A stretch of 64,000 nt of DNA from an uncultured delta proteobacterium. GTDB taxonomy: Bacteria > Desulfobacterota > Binatia > Binatales > Binataceae. Below are positions 59,642 through 64,000 of this stretch, piece after piece. The notes under the pieces were generated by a model. The model was not told the DNA's origin. It did not search any database and saw only the letters and a program-made list of their open reading frames with translations. The DNA is taken from NCBI GenBank assembly GCA_963808235.1, contig CAWEEQ010000004.1:3680001-3744000 (forward strand). Direction: 5' to 3'. Within the stretch, counting starts at the first letter, position 1; each line of letters begins with the position of its first letter. Both the position numbers and the translations under genes were made by a program.

Positions 59642-60808
59642 ATGACCCAGCGTCTCGGATTTGGCGTGTTCCTCGCGCCGCATCATCCTATCGGGGAGCA
59701 TCCCACGCTCCAGTTGCAGCGCGATCTGGAACTCGCCGAATGGCTCGATGAACTTCACTACGACGAGTTCTGGGTCGGGGAGCATCATTCGGCCGGATGG
59801 GAGACGATCGCGTCGCCCGAAATGTTCCTGGTCGCCGCCGCCGAGCGCACCAAGCGAATCAAGCTCGGTACCGGAGTCGTATCGATTCCGTATCATCATC
59901 CATTCAACGTCGCGCAGCGGATGGTCATGCTCGATCATTTAAGTCACGGGCGCGCGATGCTCGGAGTCGGGCCGGGCGCGCTGCCGTCGGATGCGGTCAT
60001 GCTCGGAATCGATCCGATGACGCAGCGCGAGAGGATGGACGAAGGCCTCGGCGTGATTCTGCGCCTGCTCAACGAGGAAGAACCGTTCAGCTACAAGGGC
60101 TCATGGTTCGAAGTCAACAACGCGGCGCTGCAAATCCGGCCGCTGCAGGAGAAGATTCCGATCGCGGTCGCCTCTACGATATCGCCATCGGGAATGAAGA
60201 CGGCGGGCAAGTATGGTGCGGGCGTATTGTCGGTTGCGTCGTACTCGGAAGAAGGACTGATGGCGCTGCCGACGCAGTGGAATTTCGGCGAAACGTCGGC
60301 GAAGGAGTTCGGACAGACGATCGATCGCGCCAACTGGCGAATCGTGATGCCGTTTCATCTCGCGGAATCGAAAGAACAGGCGATGCGCGAAGTCGCGGCG
60401 GGCCTCCAGAAGTGGCAGAACGAATATATCGTCGGGATCCTCGGGACTCCGCAACGACCAATCTTTCCGGACGGTTACGAAGCTGCGAAGCGGATGAGCG
60501 AGTACGGCGGTGCGATTTTCGGCACACCTGAGGACGCGCTCGAGCGAATCGCACGGCTGCAAAAACTCTCGGGCGGATTCGGCACCGTTCTTTGTTTCGC
60601 GCACGATTGGGCGACGCGCCCGCAAATGATGCGCAGCTATGAGCTGCTCGCGCGCTACGTGATGCCGCGATGCCAGGGACTGATCAAGCCGATCGAGGCG
60701 TCGGCGGCGCGGGTCACCGCCAACAAGGAAGAGCTGATGCAAAAGGCGAGCGGCGCGATCCTGAAAGCGATCCACGACTACAACGCGGTGCATCCGCGCA
60801 AGAAGTAG
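59642..60808 (+). CDS. LLM-class monooxygenase (limonene 1,2-monooxygenase LimB-like)
   Basis: 'FG.FLAPHH..GE.PT', 'WVGEHHS.GWE.I.SPE', 'HDWA', 'SYEL.ARYVMP'. Confidence 0.85.
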   Translation: MTQRLGFGVFLAPHHPIGEHPTLQLQRDLELAEWLDELHYDEFWVGEHHSAGWETIASPEMFLVAAAERTKRIKLGTGVVSIPYHHPFNVAQRMVMLDHLSHGRAMLGVGPGALPSDAVMLGIDPMTQRERMDEGLGVILRLLNEEEPFSYKGSWFEVNNAALQIRPLQEKIPIAVASTISPSGMKTAGKYGAGVLSVASYSEEGLMALPTQWNFGETSAKEFGQTIDRANWRIVMPFHLAESKEQAMREVAAGLQKWQNEYIVGILGTPQRPIFPDGYEAAKRMSEYGGAIFGTPEDALERIARLQKLSGGFGTVLCFAHDWATRPQMMRSYELLARYVMPRCQGLIKPIEASAARVTANKEELMQKASGAILKAIHDYNAVHPRKK

Positions 60809-60820
60809 AGGTCTATCACG

Positions 60821-61666
60821 ATGGCGCGACAGATGATCGGCACGGTGAGCGCGCTCGCACGCTACGCGGTCAAGTCGATGCTCGGCGAGAAGCTCGATGA
60901 GGTGTTGGTCACCGAGCGAGGCGTGGTTGGCGATCGCGCCTACGCGCTCCGGGAAGTGGCGACGGGGCGAATCGCGAGTGCGAAGAAGTTCGCGAAACTG
61001 CTCGAATTTCGCTCCAGTTACGATTCTTCGCCGGCGCCCGGGCGCATACCGCCGGTAACGATCGAACTGCCGGACGGGCAGAAGATTCACGCCGAGGACA
61101 AGGATGCGTCGGAGATTATTTCGGCAGCGCTCGGCCGCAAAGTGAAACTGGAGAGTTCTTCGGGTGCGCACGCCGAGCACGCGGGAATCGATGCCGCAAC
61201 TATTTTTGCCGACGTGCCGATTGAGAAGGTCATCCCCGGCCTCACCGCCGAGACTATGCCCGACCACTTTGCGCTCGAGAAGGAGAGTTTTTTCGACACC
61301 GCCGTGATGCACGTGATCGCGAGCGGCACACTGCGCCATATGGCGAAGCTGGCGGAGCCGGGATCGATCTTCGACCCGCGCCGCTTCCGTCCGACGATTT
61401 TTGTGGACAGCGGCGAGCGCGACGACGCGTTTATAGAAGATGATTGGATCGGTGGCACGCTCGAAGTCGGCGGCGCGCTCAAGATCGTCTCGCTCCAGCC
61501 CGCGCTGCGCTGCGTGATGACGACCCATCCGCAGCAGGGCTTGCCGCGCGACTACACGATTTTGCGAACCGCCGCCTACAACCATCGCGCGAACGTCGGC
61601 GTGTTCGCGTCGATCGGCGCGGCGGGCCAGGTCAAAATCGGCGATCCGGTTTACCTCGACAAATGA
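60821..61666 (+). CDS. MOSC domain protein
   Basis: 'RY.VKSM.GE', 'GDR.YA', 'RRFRP', 'RC.MT'. Confidence 0.85.
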   Translation: MARQMIGTVSALARYAVKSMLGEKLDEVLVTERGVVGDRAYALREVATGRIASAKKFAKLLEFRSSYDSSPAPGRIPPVTIELPDGQKIHAEDKDASEIISAALGRKVKLESSSGAHAEHAGIDAATIFADVPIEKVIPGLTAETMPDHFALEKESFFDTAVMHVIASGTLRHMAKLAEPGSIFDPRRFRPTIFVDSGERDDAFIEDDWIGGTLEVGGALKIVSLQPALRCVMTTHPQQGLPRDYTILRTAAYNHRANVGVFASIGAAGQVKIGDPVYLDK

Positions 61667-61677
61667 TCGGCGCACGT

Positions 61678-61707
61678 TGACAACCGTTGTCAGGTTGTTG
61701 AAACAAC
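61678..61707. promoter_or_regulatory. Two adjacent palindromes upstream of addB-like gene
   Basis: TGACAAC-C-GTTGTCA (overlaps TTGACA) and GTTGTT-GA-AACAAC. Confidence 0.45.
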
Positions 61708-61799
61708 ACCCGGCGGCCTATTGCGAGTTCCGATCGTTGTCGAGAGCATGGATCTGGAACGTTAGATTCGTGGCGTGACCATGAGTCGCACACACCCCG

Positions 61800-64000
61800 A
61801 TGCCTCACTCTCGCGAAATTTTAGTTTCATCACGAGCCGCCGAACGAATCGCGGCTGCGCGCGCATGGCTTGAGGCGCTCCCCGCGGACGCGGGCGAGGT
61901 GCTCGTGATCGCGTCGGTCAAGGAGGCGGCCGACGACCTGGTGCGCGGTTTCGCGGAGTCGCGCGGCGCGCTGCTGGGGATGCATCGCATGACGCCGAAC
62001 CGGCTGGTCGGGCTGCTCGCGGCGGAGCATATCGCGGACCGGGGACTTGCTCCCGCCGACGGTCTTGCGGCCGAGGCGGTGGCTGCGCGCGCGGTCTTCC
62101 GCCTGGCGCCGTCGAATGCGCTGGCGCATTTCAGACCCGTGCTCGATCGTCCTGGTTTCGCGCGTGCGCTCGCGCAGACGATTGCCGAACTGCGCTGGAA
62201 CAATATTGCGGCGCACGAGCTGCGCGCGTTCGGAGGTGCGGGCGCTGCGATTGCCGCGACCCTCGAGCGATTCGAGGAGGAGCTGGCCGAGGCAAAGCTG
62301 ATCGATCGGGCCGGGATGGTGAAGGTCGCGACCGACGCGGTGCGCGCGAATCCTGCGCCGCGTTTCGCAGGCCTGCCGATGCTTCTGCTCGATTTGTCGG
62401 TCGATGGAGTCCTCGATCGAGATTTTATCGCGGCGCTGGCCGCGCGATCTCCGTCGATTCTCGCGACCATTCCCGACCGGCGATCCCGCGGTGCAGTCGC
62501 TGCTGGAAGAAGCGCTCGCGGTCAAGGCGAATCCATATTCGGCGCCGGCAAATGAAAACAATCTGCCGTCGCTTCATCGTCTGCAGGCGCATCTGTTCGC
62601 GGATACGGCGCCGCCGGAGCGCGACGTTGATGAAACCGTGAGCGTGATTTCGGCGCCGGGCGAGATGCACGAATGCGTCGAGATCGCGCGCCGAATCGCC
62701 GCGGAGGCTCGGCGCGGCGTGCCGTTCGATCGAATCGCGGTGCTGCTGCACGAGCCGATTCGCTACGCACCTTACTTGCAGGAGGCGCTCGCTCGCGCCG
62801 GAATTCCCGCTTACTTCGCGCGCGGCACGCGCCGTCCGGAGCCCGGCGGGCGCGCGCTGCTCGCGCTGTTAGGATGTGCCGCCGAGAATCTCTCCGCGCG
62901 CCGTTTCGGCGAATATCTTTCGCTCGCCCAAGTGCCCGACGCGGACCGCTCTGCCGCCTCGGCTGACGGCAGCGGATCGATAAGCCCGGAGACTGAACTT
63001 GCCGCCGACGCGCTCGCCGCGGATCTCGAAGTCGAGAGCGAGTCCGCGGTTGTCGACAGTCCGATCTCCGACCCGGTTCCCGTGGTCGAAGGCACCGTGC
63101 GCGCGCCGTGGCGATGGGAGCGGCTGCTGGTCGATGCGGCGGTGATCGGCAACAGCAGTGAGCGCTGGGAGGCGCGGCTCAAGGGCTTGCGCAACGAACT
63201 CGAGGCGCGGCGCGCACAGCTCGCCGACGACGAGGCGCGGGTGCGCGGTGTCGAACGGCGAATTTTGGACCTCACTCATCTAAGCGACGTGGCGATGCCG
63301 ATTCTGTCGGTCCTCGGCGCGACGCCGCGCAACGCGACCTGGATGGAGTGGCTGCAATATCTTCGCGGTCTCGTCGAGCTTGCGATTCGCGATCGCGAGC
63401 CGGTGCTGGCGGCGCTCGCGGAGTTGGAACCGATGGCGCCGGTCGGGACCGATTGGTCTCGACGAAGTGCGGATGGTGCTGAGCGATCGGCTGGGAAGGC
63501 TCGAAGCTCCCCGCGCCCGGCGGCGCTATGGCGAGGTCTTCGTCGCGGCGCCCGCTCGCGCGCGCGGGCTTGCCTTCGACGTCGTGATCGCGCCGGGCCT
63601 CGCCGAACGGATGTTCCCGCGCAAGGTGACCGAGGATCCGATTCTGCCCGACTCAGCGCGCGCGCGGCTGAGTCCATATCTGGCGCGCAACGATCGGCGG
63701 GTCGGTGCGGAGCGGCTTGCGCTTAGACTCGTGGCTGGAGCGGCGCGCGAGCGGGCGATGTTTTCTTATCCTCGCGTCGATCTCGACCAGGGGCGTCCGC
63801 GAGTACCGTCTTTTTACGCGCTTGAAATTTTGCGCGCTGCCGAGGGGCGCTTGCCCGGCTTTGCGGAGCTCGCAGATCGCGCGGCCTCGGAGCAGGCGAC
63901 GCGGCTCGGATGGCCGGTGCCCGCGGATCCGGCCGACGCGATCGACGACGCGGAATTCGATCTGGCGGTTCTGGATAAACTGCTCGACAAGGACCCGGAA
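61800..64000 (+). CDS. AddB-like helicase/nuclease subunit, 3'-partial, frameshifted near 62473 and 63446
   Basis: 'SAPGE..E..EIAR.I', 'IAVL', then in shifted frame 'RGLAFDVV..PGLAERMFP', 'ARER...SYPR.....GR...PSFY'. Confidence 0.75.

Noticed and set aside
1-64000. CRISPR arrays, rRNA or tRNA genes
   Set aside because: No regularly spaced repeats or recognisable RNA gene signatures seen

Overview
GC-rich bacterial chromosomal window. Gene content suggests a Candidatus Binatus/Binatota-like or other deltaproteobacteria-related MAG; this is inference only. It spans the replication origin: dnaA-dnaN with DnaA boxes on both sides of dnaA and a DnaA-trio/AT-rich unwinding element. Core genes include hemL, a partial F0 ATP synthase locus interrupted by an inverted hisN-like gene, gnd-zwf-fbp-glk-fbaB, csp, a Sec-containing selD, selB, an ABC transporter and an addB-like gene. 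There is also an 8-gene vWA/FHA/Ser-Thr kinase/PP2C signalling cluster. The most striking element is a ~3.6 kb integrase-free cassette (765-4353). It encodes a MerR-type HTH under a palindromic operator, a catalytically altered dCTP-deaminase/dUTPase-fold protein with a transmembrane helix, a thymidylate-synthase-family enzyme with dCMP-hydroxymethylase signatures, and a 5-hmdU-DNA-kinase (aGPT-Pplase1)-like protein. It is a candidate nucleotide-modification or anti-phage system. The cassette is flanked by a synonymously diverged duplication of the neighbouring gene's 3' end, and the same signature flanks a second insertion at 44.4-45.7 kb. Several single-base frameshifts and one apparently chimeric segment suggest long-read consensus errors. 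All family assignments come from motif recognition by eye, not database searches.
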